Below are positions 14,140 to 27,000 of a DNA stretch of 64,000 nt, one piece after another; the first letter of the stretch is position 1, and the number at the start of each line of letters is the position of its first letter. The DNA is taken from assembly GCA_026023565.1 (NCBI GenBank), contig JAPETS010000007.1:682001-746000 (forward strand), in the 5' to 3' direction. A program made the translations under genes and the position numbers. The notes under the pieces are model-generated. The model made no database searches. It saw only the letters and a program-made list of their open reading frames with translations, and was not told where the DNA came from. This DNA is from Cirrosporium novae-zelandiae (Eukaryota).

Positions 14140-14237
14140 CGTCAGCGGCAGGATTTGAACCTACGATCCCTAGAGAATGTGATGTCGAATCGAATGCGAA
14201 TTCAAGTCACACGCCTTAACCACTCGGCCACACTGAC
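14140..14237 (-). tRNA. tRNA-Ser(UGA) with 17-nt intron
   Basis: Reverse complement: GTCAGTG acceptor, A-box TGGCCGAGTGG, anticodon arm TGTGA-CT-TGA-A-[intron 14184-14200]-A-TCACA, long variable arm, GTTCAAATC B-box, discriminator G, downstream T7 terminator. Confidence 0.93.
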
Positions 14238-14688
14238 GATCAAACTGGATTCTTTGGTTTGGTTGGAGGAATTGGGTTGTTGGTGGATATATGAGGCATG
14301 GTTTGGGGGGTTGGTGTGAATTCAGGGGTGGGGAAGAGTTAGTGTTGGTGTTGGTGGTGGGGGTTGGGAAAAAAGGGTAGATTGCCGAGGAATTCTCGCT
14401 TAATTGAGGTGTGGTTTCCTTGTTTGGTTAGTGGATAGGGCTGACCGACGGGCACATACCCGATAACGCACGGAGTGGCTTCGAAAATCTCTTTCAGGTC
14501 TTTTCTTTCTGCTTTTGCTTTGCCGAAGTTAGCCACACCTCAAAAATCTAATTACCTAGGTACCTAGGTATCTACTTTCTTCTAGAGTACGGTTGACGTC
14601 TTGTCACCACCCCGCCAAGTCTAGCCAAGATAAGGCCCTCTAGTGCTTGCATATTCCAACAGCAGCTAACCAGCTGATGTGATTCACA

Positions 14689-14768
14689 TCCTATGTGGTG
14701 TAACGGCTAACATCGCTCGTTTTCAAAGAGATTCCGAGCAGCTCGGGGTTCGACTCCCCGCATGGGAA
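14689..14768 (+). tRNA. tRNA-Glu(UUC) with 8-nt intron
   Basis: TCCTATG/CATGGGA acceptor stem, GCTCG-TT-TTC-A-[AAGAGATT, 14726-14733]-C-CGAGC anticodon arm, GGTTCGACTCC T-arm, oligo-T terminator just downstream. Confidence 0.92.
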
Positions 14769-17700
14769 CGCATTGATTTATTTTTTTGCCCTTTTGGTTT
14801 CAAGGGAAGTATTAGAATGACCCTATTTTATCTAGCATTCTTTGGGTGGATATGGTTCCTAGATTGATATAGATTGATAGCTTTGGGTGAGGATATTTAG
14901 GGTTTTGTATACGGAATCAAGACCACTGTGCTCATCCAAATGATATGCCCCTTTTTATTCAGCCAGTAACTGGATTATAAGTTCATAATGGATATAGAGA
15001 ACAATGGACAGAGAGACGGGTTTCCCTTTGGTAGGTTTGCTACAAGAGACCTTAGCCCGAGTTTAGTTCCAAGGCACGCTGTGAAACATAGAATGTTATG
15101 CCTAGGAAGGTTTTGTGGTAGACTGATCGAAATCTTCATTTGCTTAAGGCTTGCAGTTGGGATTCTGGGCCCCAGGTACTGTACGACTGAGAAAGCTTTG
15201 GGTTTGTGGAGGTTATTGCGAGCTCTACTACTGTGGTAGGTAGTAGTTAAAAGTTCCGGTATAAGCAGAACCTGCCATATAGGATGAGAAGAATCAACCG
15301 TACACTTAAAAACTCACGCAGAGGCGTTGCGGACTTAGGGCTTAAGACGAGTATATGAACCTTCTTTTACAATTTTGCAATACCTTCACGTGAAGGATAG
15401 ACTAAAGATAACCCTAAAAGAATGTACCCCTAGAGGTTTAAGATCCTAAGCAAATGAAATACTACCATGGCATCTTTAGAATAAGCTCGGTCAAGGGGAA
15501 TGTGCAAATAATACTGCATCCAAAACACGATGCATAATGGATGTGGATCAAGTTCATAGGCATCATCGTATGGGATCCAACAACTATTAGTCCCAGATAT
15601 GAAAATATACTTGCTATTAGTTCTTAAGCCTTCATTGTGTGGTAGGCTTAGTCCACTATTTGAACTTACCAATGGGAAGATTGGTGTGGGGGAGATACAC
15701 CATACAGCATCTTTAGGAAGATTTTGGTTAGTAGCGAGGATAGTAAGATCGAATTCTCAAAGCTTGCTTTGTGGGCAAAAACGCCACCAACTTTAGGCAT
15801 TTCTTCCCCTCAACTCCTTCGTCACATAATCATGCGTTCAAAGATTCGGTAAGAAAAGAAAGAAAGAAAGAGCGCGATAGACTCAAAGCTAAGAAAACGT
15901 GCGTTTAACATTTTTGCTGGTGCAATCATCGCCATATCCGTCAACCAGCCACCAGTCGATCAGTCGATCAGTGCAACCACGAGGTCAAAGCCATACGAGA
16001 AGCACGCACCTCATTCATAGGGAAAGACAGGCGGTAAAAGACAGGCGGTAAGTGTAGCCAATGACTAGCGCGATTGGGAATCAAACCTAACCTCAGATAT
16101 ATCTTCTTAGTATGGACCATATGGACCGGCGACGTTATGTTCCCCCTGAAGTTTAACATATGTCGAGCAGCCACCGAGATCACAGATAAAAATGATATTC
16201 ATCCTATGAGAGGCCTATCAAAGAGACACCCGGTATTTGCGGGGTTGAATACAAGGAAGAGAAGTGCATTTATTACGAGAATAAGGTACCCGTCCTCAGG
16301 TCATTCCGCTACCCCGGATAAGTGGATATGAAAGGAAAATCAGAATTGCTTTCGGCGGTAGTCAACCCGTAAACTTCCATTCCTTTGGAGCTCGGTAATG
16401 CTTCATCAGCTTGGTCAGGCCACGTCGAGGAGCAGGGCTCACAAAAGAACTCTGGACTAGAGCGTAGTTTGGAATTAGCAAATGATAGGAATTGGCAAAA
16501 GGAAGCGATTAGAACACGTTCATGTATAGATAGATACATGGGTACCTTACATAGTAAAAGGTCAAGATAAGGACTGTCCTGAAAGCTGGAGAAGGTTGTT
16601 GTTTTTCTTAAATCGTGGGGTTGAATGCCTAAGGTTAGCAGTAAACTGGAGTGGTGAGACAGGTTGAGTGAGATGGACCCAAAAACTCGGCAGGACCATC
16701 TACTTTCATCAATCAATTTTCCGACTTTCCGTATAAATTTCCCATTTTCCGTAATTACAATTACACCTCCATTACATACATGATACATACCAAGCAAACA
16801 TGAATGGTAATCATGGAACAAAATATACTAGCTCTTTCTCTCCACATTTCTAAACGTTTTTTAATGAGATCTCCAAATTACAAAAGCATTATTCATACTT
16901 AGTACTACCTATTAGTGGCGCAGCGTCGATGAGGATACGTATCACTCTCTCTCCAGGCAGACAAGTTAATTACTTGAATTTCTAATGCCCTGTTTAGTGC
17001 TCGGTACGAGCGGACAAATCGAATGTCCGATTAGCAGCCAAAACAACGGTTTTGGAAAAAGGTCCAACAGGTCAAGTGATAAAAACTTGGAAAACTTAAG
17101 AGATAGATCCGGATTGATATCTTCAACCAGTATCTTCTGAGTAAGCTTCCCGCCGGTAAGCTGAGCTAAAAATTGAGATGACTTGCGTGGAAGGCTGGAA
17201 AGCTGTAACTATAACTATCCAGATCCTTGGCCGATGCCAGGGGTTGAGGAGACACAATTTCTTGGAACCCGAGCGGCTACATATTCAGGTTATCATTATC
17301 TTAGCCTACTTATTGGCACCCTCACCGAGAAACAAACTATGACCTGGCACGGAACCATCGACTTACGCCCAGCATGGTATGAAACTTACCAGTGGCCTTT
17401 GCTTCATCACAAGGCAACCTAGGTTTTTCGTATTCGTTCATGAAGCTTCTCGATAGGAACTGCATGTGAATTCTCGGAAAGGCATCACTTTGATCAATAT
17501 ACATGGTACCATGAGGTAAGTGCTTAAGGGGCGAGCAGCCGACAAGGAATTTGGAATACGAGTTATTGGTACACAGCATAAGTCTCAGGCAACGACCCTC
17601 TCAGCTATGGTTACACGACCAAAGATAGAATTGAAATTGGAGGTGTAATTGACCGAAAACATCTGTGTGCATTTCATTTCATTTTATTTCATATCATATC

Positions 17701-17775
17701 ATTGATCATAAAACAGTATCCTAAGAGAGATAATTTACTCGTAAAAACCTAGGATCCTTTCAAGATGCCAAATTC

Positions 17776-18856
17776 CTATTCAGAATCCTTCCAGGATTTG
17801 TAAACTGTCTTGGAGCCATAGACCTGACCTTTTTTCAATACGCTCATACCTCTCCACTCTTCTTTGTTGACAGCATCGATATACCGACTTGGTTCGACAC
17901 AGAAACCCGCCCGTTTGCCCCGAGCAGGCGCACCTTCAACTGCTGGTATATCGATAAAGCGTCCCGTATAATATTGGAAGGCTGGTTCAGTGCTGTGAAC
18001 CTCCAGGTGCAACTTGGACTCGGGATGATAAAATGCCGCAAGAAGCTTGATAGGAAGTTTGCGAGTGTCAATGGGAATGCTAGAGGGGCTATCGTTCATA
18101 ATGAAACAATGATCAATATCAGGTTCTTCAGCACCAAGGACAAACTCTTGGTTTGCTATTACCCCAGGATAGGGTTTGATGCCACCTTCAAGGGGAATAC
18201 CAGCTTCATCAACAGGAATATGCTGGTGAGAACTCAGAGTCACTCTTGTGCCTTCGATTGTGGGTTTGCTGGTTAAATTGAAGTAGCTATCCTAAAGTTA
18301 GTATGTTGAGCACTCCTATGTTTGTGTGAGACAAGTACCTGTGATTGGTCATATTGATTACCGTTTCCGAGCATTCATCTCCGACAAGCTCAACTTCATA
18401 TTCAGCTTGCAGAACTGTCTTTTCCACGTTACCATTCTTCTCCTTGCCCGCAGTGTACCATACCCTCGCCTCGACAGTTCCGGGATAACCTTCCTCCCCA
18501 TCTTTGCTTAAGTACTTGAAGAGCATACCCTCCTTCCCGTTCCTATTCACCATGTGCGGTCCGTCCCATATCTTCTTACCCCAACCTTCTGCACCACCAT
18601 GCAGAGAATTTTTGCCATTGTTGGCAGCTAAAGTGTATGACTGATCATTAAGCTTTTGGATTTTGGCATCCTTGATACGGTTTGCAACGCGCCCGATTGT
18701 TTCACCGAAAAAGGCAGAACTGATGTTAGGGTCTCGGAAGTATTCAGCTTTTGGGAAAGATTGGACAATGTTATGGCCCGCGATGCGGAATTCCTGAATG
18801 ATAGCGCCTTGTGGAAGAAATGTAAAAGCAGATTCTGACTCTGGTGAAGGTGCCAT
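17776..18856 (-). CDS. Aldose 1-epimerase (galactose mutarotase family)
   Basis: FFGETIGRVANRI, NSLHGG, DGEEGYPG, TNHSYFNL (across intron 18287-18338), STEPAFQYYTG and GFCVEP; catalytic His and Glu present. Confidence 0.93.
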
Positions 18857-20026
18857 GATGTCACGAATAGGCCAAAGCTTAAATGGTTAATTTGTTCGCA
18901 ATCAATGTCCCGCTCAGATCAGCGGAGATTCAATCTGATAATAATCGGGTGTAAATAGAGCTAATACGATGCAGATGAAGAAAGACCAAGATTGCAAAAT
19001 TATATATATCCCAAGCCTGGAATATTAAATAATTATCGTCTGGTTTTTGAGACGATCTTTAGGCTAATATTGAAGGAGAAAATCCACAAACAACTGATAT
19101 TTCAGGCTGAGAAGGAGAAGAGGAAGCTTCCTTCAAATTCAACGTAACACTAGGCAGTTTTAATGGAGAAAGGAGAGGATATCATGGTCTCCCTCTAAAT
19201 AGGGCAATCGTCACAATTCGGCCTACTTCCACACGTCATCTCACGTCGTTGGTGGTTGATGTTACAATATGTCCTGCTGACTGAGGGTTTTCCTTGGTAT
19301 TCTTGTCTTTGTGTCGTGAATGATGTGCGGATGTGCATTCCGGGGGTTCTCGTCCGAAAGTGAAGGACAATCCGAGTCGCAAAGTAGACCAAAAAAAGCT
19401 TTAGTTCGTCCCCACAAGCCCACAAATCCACACAAAGTGGGTGACAATTATCCAGCTACGGGATAATTGCGAAATTTTGTTTTAATTCCATAAAGGACGG
19501 AATGAATCCGTGAGGAATTGGTTTGGACCTGACAGGCTTTGTGTGCGTGACATTGTGCTGAAGTTGTGTGCCCTAACATGATGATATCCAATGCTTTTAA
19601 TTCTATAGGTGATAATAATAGATAATGATTATCTGCTTGCGAATTTCGCAAGAACAAAGCAGCTGGGCCCGCCTCTGCGCCTCTGATTGACAGAGATTGA
19701 TAAACATCCTTAGTAAAAAAAAAAGTAAAAATTACCAACAGAGAATGCACGATACAATAATATATCGAAGCAAGAGATATGCGCCTATCCCCGTTGGTAT
19801 CAAGATAAAGCCCGTAAAAATACACGGAACCTCCAATCCCAAGACCTCGAGGCCACCCTCTTGAAGACGCCATGCCCCCAGACGTCGAAATGTCCTTACA
19901 GTATCAACACATAAGCCGCCAACGCCAATGCTAAAGGCGTATTCGACTCAGAATGTCGAAACCTAACGCCAACAAAACCAGGGAGTCATAACGTCGTAAT
20001 TTAGAAACACTGGCGAAAGAGCACAA

Positions 20027-21029
20027 CTACGTCATGGTAGTTGTGTTTAGGAACGTATTGAATGCCTCCTCGTCATTCCAGTCCGAAGTCATTTGCTGTC
20101 GGCTCAGTTGATTTGAGCTAAAGACGTCGAAATTATTGGGTATGAAATCTATACTGTCGTCGTAAGTTGAAATAGGGCTCATCCAGGAATGCTGAATTGC
20201 ACCCTGACTTAGTCCTTGTGCGAGTGCTGTCTGGATGAAGCCAGATCGTGGTTTGAGGGGCGTGGTGGCACGAACAACTTCAGGAAAAGGACTAGCTTGC
20301 ATTGGAGGTGTTGGTGGAAATTGGTTGAAGGCCAGAGGATCGGAAAAGAGATTCGAGGTTACTACTGGTTTGCTCGCGTCGAGTACTGGTGTCTGAATAT
20401 GTTCTGAATCAGAGTCCGTTGAAGAGTCTGATCTTTGCATAATGGATGCTCCACCTTCGATCAATTTCTTCTGTAGTGCACTAAGGTCATCTTCAAAGTG
20501 TTGAGGCGATGGAGCATTGCTGTGAGAGTCGTGTTTAAGTGCGCCCAGGCGTTCCAAGATATCATGCGTCAAGGGGCTTCCACCGCTGGCTTCTTTAAGA
20601 GGAGTACCGGGCCACCCTTCTCCGGTTTGAGCTCTGCGGTACATCTCTTGTAGGCCCGCAACAAGTTGCGCTTGCTGTTGTTCAAGCATCTCGACATATC
20701 TATTGAGATCCAGTCAGTTGTTTCTGGAGCCGAGGATGGCCTCCATGTTTCGACTTGCCCTTTCGGATAGACCTTGTCATGTGACTTCTTTCGTTCACCA
20801 AAGACGCAGATAGCATTGTCGGTTCGACATCGACTACAAGGATTGGCACCGTCACACTAGCATTGCCAGTCAGCCTCACATGTAGCTCTCGTCAACGACC
20901 CATGAGGTTCAATTGACCAACCTTAGACTTCTTTAATCTGCAGCGATCACAAGCTTTGCATACGCGCTTGCGTATACTACAGTCGGCAGTTTGAGGTTCG
21001 AGACCGGGTGATGATCGATGTGCAGTCAT
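20027..21029 (-). CDS. Short Zn(II)2Cys6 transcription factor (Fcr1-like), 3 exons, ~292 aa
   Basis: Exons 20922-21029, 20759-20856 and 20027-20699 (879 nt) give RKRVCKACDRCRLKKSKCDGANPCSRCRTDNAICVFGERKKSHDKVYPKGYVEMLEQQQAQLVAGLQEMY...GWPG...PLTHDILERLGAL. Six-Cys binuclear cluster plus coiled coil. Confidence 0.92.
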
Positions 21030-24000
21030 AATGTACAGGTTGAGGATGATTATTATTGCTGGTATAGTTGTCGTTGTCGTTGATATGAGCCAGCGGTAGG
21101 AGGATTCTTAGTTGTAGTTCGAGGTAGGAATTGAGTAGAGAGGGGTTTTCACGATAGCAGCAAAGATATTTTAAGGCGCAATGCTCTCAGGGTTCTGGAC
21201 CTGTATATGTAATAGAAGCTGAGTGATGACAATAATGTAAAGACAAATTATGATGAAGCTCAGTCAGCACTGAATAGGCAGGACACCGAGGGGCCAAGTA
21301 TAGATGGAGAGGAGTACAAGAATAGGAAAGGCGTAAAACAGACATGAGGATCGGGGGCTCGGACGAGAGATATATAGAATGTTGAAAAGGTACAGGTGTG
21401 TATATCAAAAAGTGCGGGTCTGGAATTTGTCACTGGGATTCATGGTTATTACGATTGGCATCAAGATTGAATCATTTGGTCAACCTAAGCCACTCAGGTG
21501 AAGAGTAATCAAGGCGGCCGGTCTCTCGGAGGACTTGCTTCTTCCTTTGCGGGAACTAGGGTGAGAGACTATGAGACTTATGAGACTACGAAGGAGTAAA
21601 AAAAAATGCAGGATAACTATGCTAGGCGTGAAAGGTGAAATGCGCGAATACGTGTAATAATGATGGCGTATTTTGTTCGTTTATCAGGATTTTGTCAAGA
21701 AAAGGAATAGGGTCGAAGTTTGAGGCTGTAATGGCTGTAATGAAGGCTGATCGGGCTTTTCGGCTTAGGAGTAACAAGCAAAGTGCTTGGAGAGCGGGCA
21801 GCGTTATGTCCGTCGCCCCGTTCGGTGTTCGGATGGCTGGTCCTTTGGGTCCTTTTGGGAGGGGGGGGTATCCATCTAAGAAGAGTTGTTGGTGGAACCC
21901 GGAAAACCTAAGGAACCTTGTAGGAATAATAAACAGCACCATCATGACCACCAAAGCAGTTTTCATACATTTGATTCTAATTATTTTGAAAAAGGTTCTA
22001 AAAGGCAGTTGAAACTTATCTGAACTTTGACTTTTTTTTTCTTTTTTCTTTACAAGTTAACTTGAGATTGTGTGCCGCTGATTTAGGCGCGACAAGTCAA
22101 GTAGATGTTGTATGTTAAGTGTGACCCAAGTTACAGTGTTTTGATCTGGTATCTGGTAAAATATGTATTTTATTCCTTTCCCCTTGTTTGTGTGTTTGCC
22201 ATGTCCAAATTGTCCAGATGGATGATTATTACTCAGTACAATTATTACCTAGGTAATTAGTTAGCACGGATAGACCTTCTTGAGCAAGTCCGATTCTTTC
22301 GGATCATAAACCTCAACACACAAACAATCATGTCAAAGAAAATTCGCAACAAAACCATGAAATAGCTAAACCGACTTTTCACATTGACGAGTAAAAAGAT
22401 TGCATTCAAGGTCCTCCTGACGCCTCTCAGCCATGGCCAAGTCTCTAAGTCTCTGCCCCAAGTCTTTGCCCCAAGGTCTTTACCCCAGGCTCCCATCATA
22501 GTCATACGACGAAATTTACTCTTCAATATACGAATAAAACAACCTTGATAGCGATGAACCCCATCGAAGATCATATCCGTATCCCGTATCCCACACACAT
22601 GGCATGAAGCTATCCGATTTATCAGACTATTTTCATTCCCAACTCGGCATTTCAACATCCTGTCATCCTCCGCTAGTACAATCCACTATGCCAGATGGAA
22701 TTATGAGCGACATTTTTATGGATAGAATCGTCGGCTGTTGGACATGCCATTCTTCCGAATTTTCTTAATTCTTATGCTTTTCTTTCATTCTTTCTGGCCA
22801 AGAGCTCCCCCCTTTTTTTTCTTTTTTTCTTTTTCTTTCCAAGGAAATTACCTTGCTTGACGGACTACCTGGGAGTTGGAGTATTTAGGAAATGAATAAC
22901 AGAAAAGCAAAAGGTTAATTTAATTGATGAAAAAGTTGATGAATAATAGCAGATGTTCCTGAATTAAAAGTGAATAAACTTGAAGCACTCCCCACGTTGT
23001 CTGAAACCAAGTAAGTATGTGTAAGTAATTACATACAGTACTCTTTCTGTAAGAGAAATGAACGTATGTCGTAAAAAGTGGTAAAAGTCAAAGCGTGCGG
23101 GGGGGGGAGGGTTTAATCCAATTACTGTGAATCTGTGAAATGCTGATGCGTACTTACTTGATGGCTTCCGTAAGCATCAAGGTCTGACAAAGGTCTAAAA
23201 GTTGGATCCAGGTCTCCATGGACAACTTAGGCAACGAATAACACAGGAACGGCAGGATCAATCTGGTAGTCCATTACTCATGCGCGACCCATTAAATATT
23301 TCCTGTCTCAGTAAGGTGTTTGTTTTTGGCATCTCTACTATTTTTTTTTTCAAATCAGGGTCTACGCCAGAAAGCCACCGAAAGCTTTTTTACGGGAAAT
23401 AATACTCTGGAGTCTTGAATTTGCGAATTGAAGTTTTTTGTTTTTTGTTTTTTTTCACTTCAGCCACTTGACTTAATTCTTGGTCTTTTTGGGGTCAACA
23501 ACAGATTTTAAATTCCTTTTAGATCTTTATTATACTTGGTAACCTACCGGTGAATAACTACTTGATTCTATTGTCTCGTGCATATCTAGAGAATAATTCT
23601 CTTGGAGGCTCTCAACATTTCCTTGTGTTACTGTGGATTATGGTTTCAGTGGACGGGCATTTTCTAGAAATTGAAAGGACACTTCTAGCGCTTATTACAT
23701 CGACTATCTTAATGGGTACCTGGTAGGATACCTGGTCGAGACGCCTGGTAGGGTACCTTGTAATGTGTCATGTACAATATTGTAATACCCAACTTGTAAT
23801 ACCCAGCCTCGAAGACTACAAGAGTATGGGGTTGAATGGCGCTTGTGGAGTGAGGGCCTATTCCCTTGATTAATATTTTCTGCGGGGCCTTAAATCATTT
23901 ACCTTTTTTTTTTCTAAGGCTTGCCCCTGTTTCAAGCCAAGTTTGGTCTTGATCTCCATTTACAATTTCTGGGTTTGATCTGATCCCTCACCGTCTAAAG

Positions 24001-27000
24001 CCTAGGTATGAAGGAGGAAAAAAGACATGTAGATGGTGAAAGAGTGAAAATATCAAAGCGTCAGGCAGACATGACTAGACTTGGGTACTACATAAATAAC
24101 ATTTTACTTTATATCCATTAGGTCATGTCCCTATTTTTTTCTTCCAAGGATGGCGGGCTTGTCAAAATGAAGATTTGTGCAGAATGCTGACTTAATAGAA
24201 GCAATGTAAATAATAAACAAGACGTGGGCTTTCAAAGAAAAAAGACTCAGGCAAAAGCAGTCACGACATGGGCACCGAGACAGAGCGAAGAGCCTTATTT
24301 TGTCGTGCGCCAACGTTGATAGAAAGTTTCAAGTCATGACGCAGTGTATATTGTGCCACATAATTCTGGCTTATGTGCTTATGTACGTTATACATTGAAT
24401 TGTGCAGGTCGGCGACCACGAGAAATAAAGCCCGGAAGTTCGGCACCACTTATCCCCCGTTAATCGGAGAGAGGGACCAAAGTCGCTCCACGGACCACGG
24501 ACCACAAAACCAAAGCTCATCCACACATGCCCCCAAATCCCCCAAATCCCCCCCAAATCCCGCTCTAAAGCTTCCCTCGGCTCCGGCACATTACACATTA
24601 ACTCCTTCTCTCCTCCCACTACCTAACTACCTCCCACAAATCCCACAACGTACCCTAAAAATGTCTAATTGATTTGTTGTTCATTTGTCCACTTGACACC
24701 CTTAAAGTTATCCTTTCAATTTGAGATAAATAATCTTACCTTAGTTGCCGGATTTCTTTCGTGAACCGCCCCGAAAATTACCACCGAATCCCTATTACAA
24801 CCCTAGCCTCGAAATCCTCTGCTTTCTACTTTCTGCTACCATTACACATTGACAGTACCGGTCCGAAGCTTACGGACCACTATCCTTTTCCCCGCGAGAA
24901 CCTTTTCCATATTCAAAATACCCCAAGGACCCAGCTGCAAAAATTCCTGTGCGCATGACGTGCAAATTCTCTTGTCGATCATTGTGAAGTGAACTTGGAC
25001 CTGAAAAAGGAGGATCTACCAAGTACGCGAAAGCATTGAATTGTGGAGCGAGGCATTTTTATGTCCCAACCAGATGGTACCGTACAACATTCTTAGCCTT
25101 TAGGAGAGCCGCACGGCTCATGCATATCATCCATGTTTGAGTACTTGATTGAGGTACTTGTATTTCATTTGAGTGCTATTGTATTATTCAGTTCGTTCAG
25201 CGATTATCCAATCTACATCGCTGCCCACTCTTTACTCCACATCTGCGGCATCCAATGTAACTGTTGAAGTTAGTAATATCCTACTCTCCATAGAGATGCT
25301 AGCGCAAGCTGACAATCGACCACATTCCTGTTTTATTATCGATCCTTGAGGCCTGACCTAGATATGCCTAAAACGTGCTATCCATCCGTTCAGATGTGTA
25401 TTTTCAATTTGTTGCATTGCTGTTGGTGTGCCCCCACAACTGCGAGACTGCAAAGTTCAAGTGGACTTTGTTATCTCCGGGGGGATCTCAGTCCCACCTT
25501 AATTACTCATACTCTACGGTTGAGTTTGATTTCCTCATTCCAGGATTGATGAGTCACCTATCTATCTGCTCTATGGAGATAACACTCGGACGTGAACTTC
25601 TTTAACATGAGGTTCGCTATCGATCAAACACTACGAGTTGGTTCTTGTGCACGCAGACCTGCTGATTCAGACGATGTATTGGCACGTTGCAGTCAAGCGA
25701 GCCGTCCCAGCTTCCAAGTTAAGATAGCATCGTTGAAAATCCCTGCTTCCCATCGCCGATTGAGTTATGACAAATTAACGGCTACTTGGTGTGGGAAGAC
25801 TTACATAATCGATGCCAAGGCCACTACCTTGATTGAACTCGATCTCAATTCACGGGACGGATCGTCTTGCATGTCCTTTTAGGGTCTCTAGACATAAATA
25901 ACCCCCAACCATAGTACACAGAACCAATTCCACTGACCATATTGGGTATCTACCCTTTTCTCAAAGTCCGAGGAAGAGTTTTTAAAAATCCTGTATCCCA
26001 GAAGTGCAGAATTTCTTTTCTTAGCTAAAAACGCTCTTTTCCCTGTGGTCTCGGCCTTGCAGGGATCAAGTCCGATGCAAAAAGAAATTAGGAATAACAC
26101 CAGAATGCCAAAATACGAATTAAGTCATTATCTGGACCAAAGAAGAGCGATTGATAACTTAATGGAACATTCAAGCACCAGAATAAATGTGAAATTAGCT
26201 ACGGCATGCTACCTTAGTTTACTTGATGACTCCAAAAGCACACATGCTCGTTGCGGGACAACCGTTGCAGAATTAATGCTCCTGGCTAATTATTCTCGAG
26301 CATTTTCTGCTGTTGGTCAGTTGTCTTTGATTTAGCTTCCTTTGACTACCCCCATAGTTTGCGAGATTTGGAATCTCATCTTCTTTGCAATCCATGCAAA
26401 TGAATGAGGTATTTTGGAACAAAATGTGCCCTGCTAAGCTCATTGTGCCTACTTAACCCCTAACCAGTACTGTTCACCGCGATTCTCCCACTAACAAAAG
26501 TTTCGCTAACCATGTCTCTCGACTCCATTACACCAAACTTGAAATAAGAGTTTAAAAATGACGATTCAAAGTGCTAAGACCGCAATTAGATCTGTCATCG
26601 AAACTAGACTGTTCGATACTATCTAAGGAGCCTAGCATTTGGTATTTGCAGTGACGCATACATTGTATAGTTGCCAATTCGTATATTCATGTATGGGCCC
26701 TAGAACTCCATCTTGGGGCAATTCAACTCGACAACTGTCAAAAGCTAGGGCTAATAGCTATGCTAGGGTTGGCCTAGACTTTGATGGAAACTCTCGCTAA
26801 TTAGGGCAAGGATATAAAAATCTTTCAGTGAATATTGTTGGTAACAGGTTCAGCTAATTCCTACACTGGATCAGTTCTACCGAAGGACGAAATATCGTCT
26901 ATTCTTGTCCTATATATCTCATCTTGAATCTATACTATATGGATTTTAGGTGTAGCAACATCGTTGATCAATAACATCTATTCTATCCCTCTATCAAACC

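Noticed and set aside
16309..16821. 170-aa minus-strand ORF
   Set aside because: Non-ATG start, no recognisable domain, and it reads through an apparent intron.
15409..17583. TAACCCTAA (telomerase-template-like) at 15409-15417 and ATAAGT (TER-type 5' splice site) at 17578, suggesting a telomerase RNA
   Set aside because: A 9-mer is expected about once by chance in 64 kb on two strands. I found no U/A-rich pseudoknot, P6.1 hairpin, good Sm site or branch point. A covariance-model search would settle it.
18933..18941. ATCTGATAA SreA-type site upstream of the aldose 1-epimerase
   Set aside because: Single site, expected about once by chance in this window, with no known iron link for the gene.
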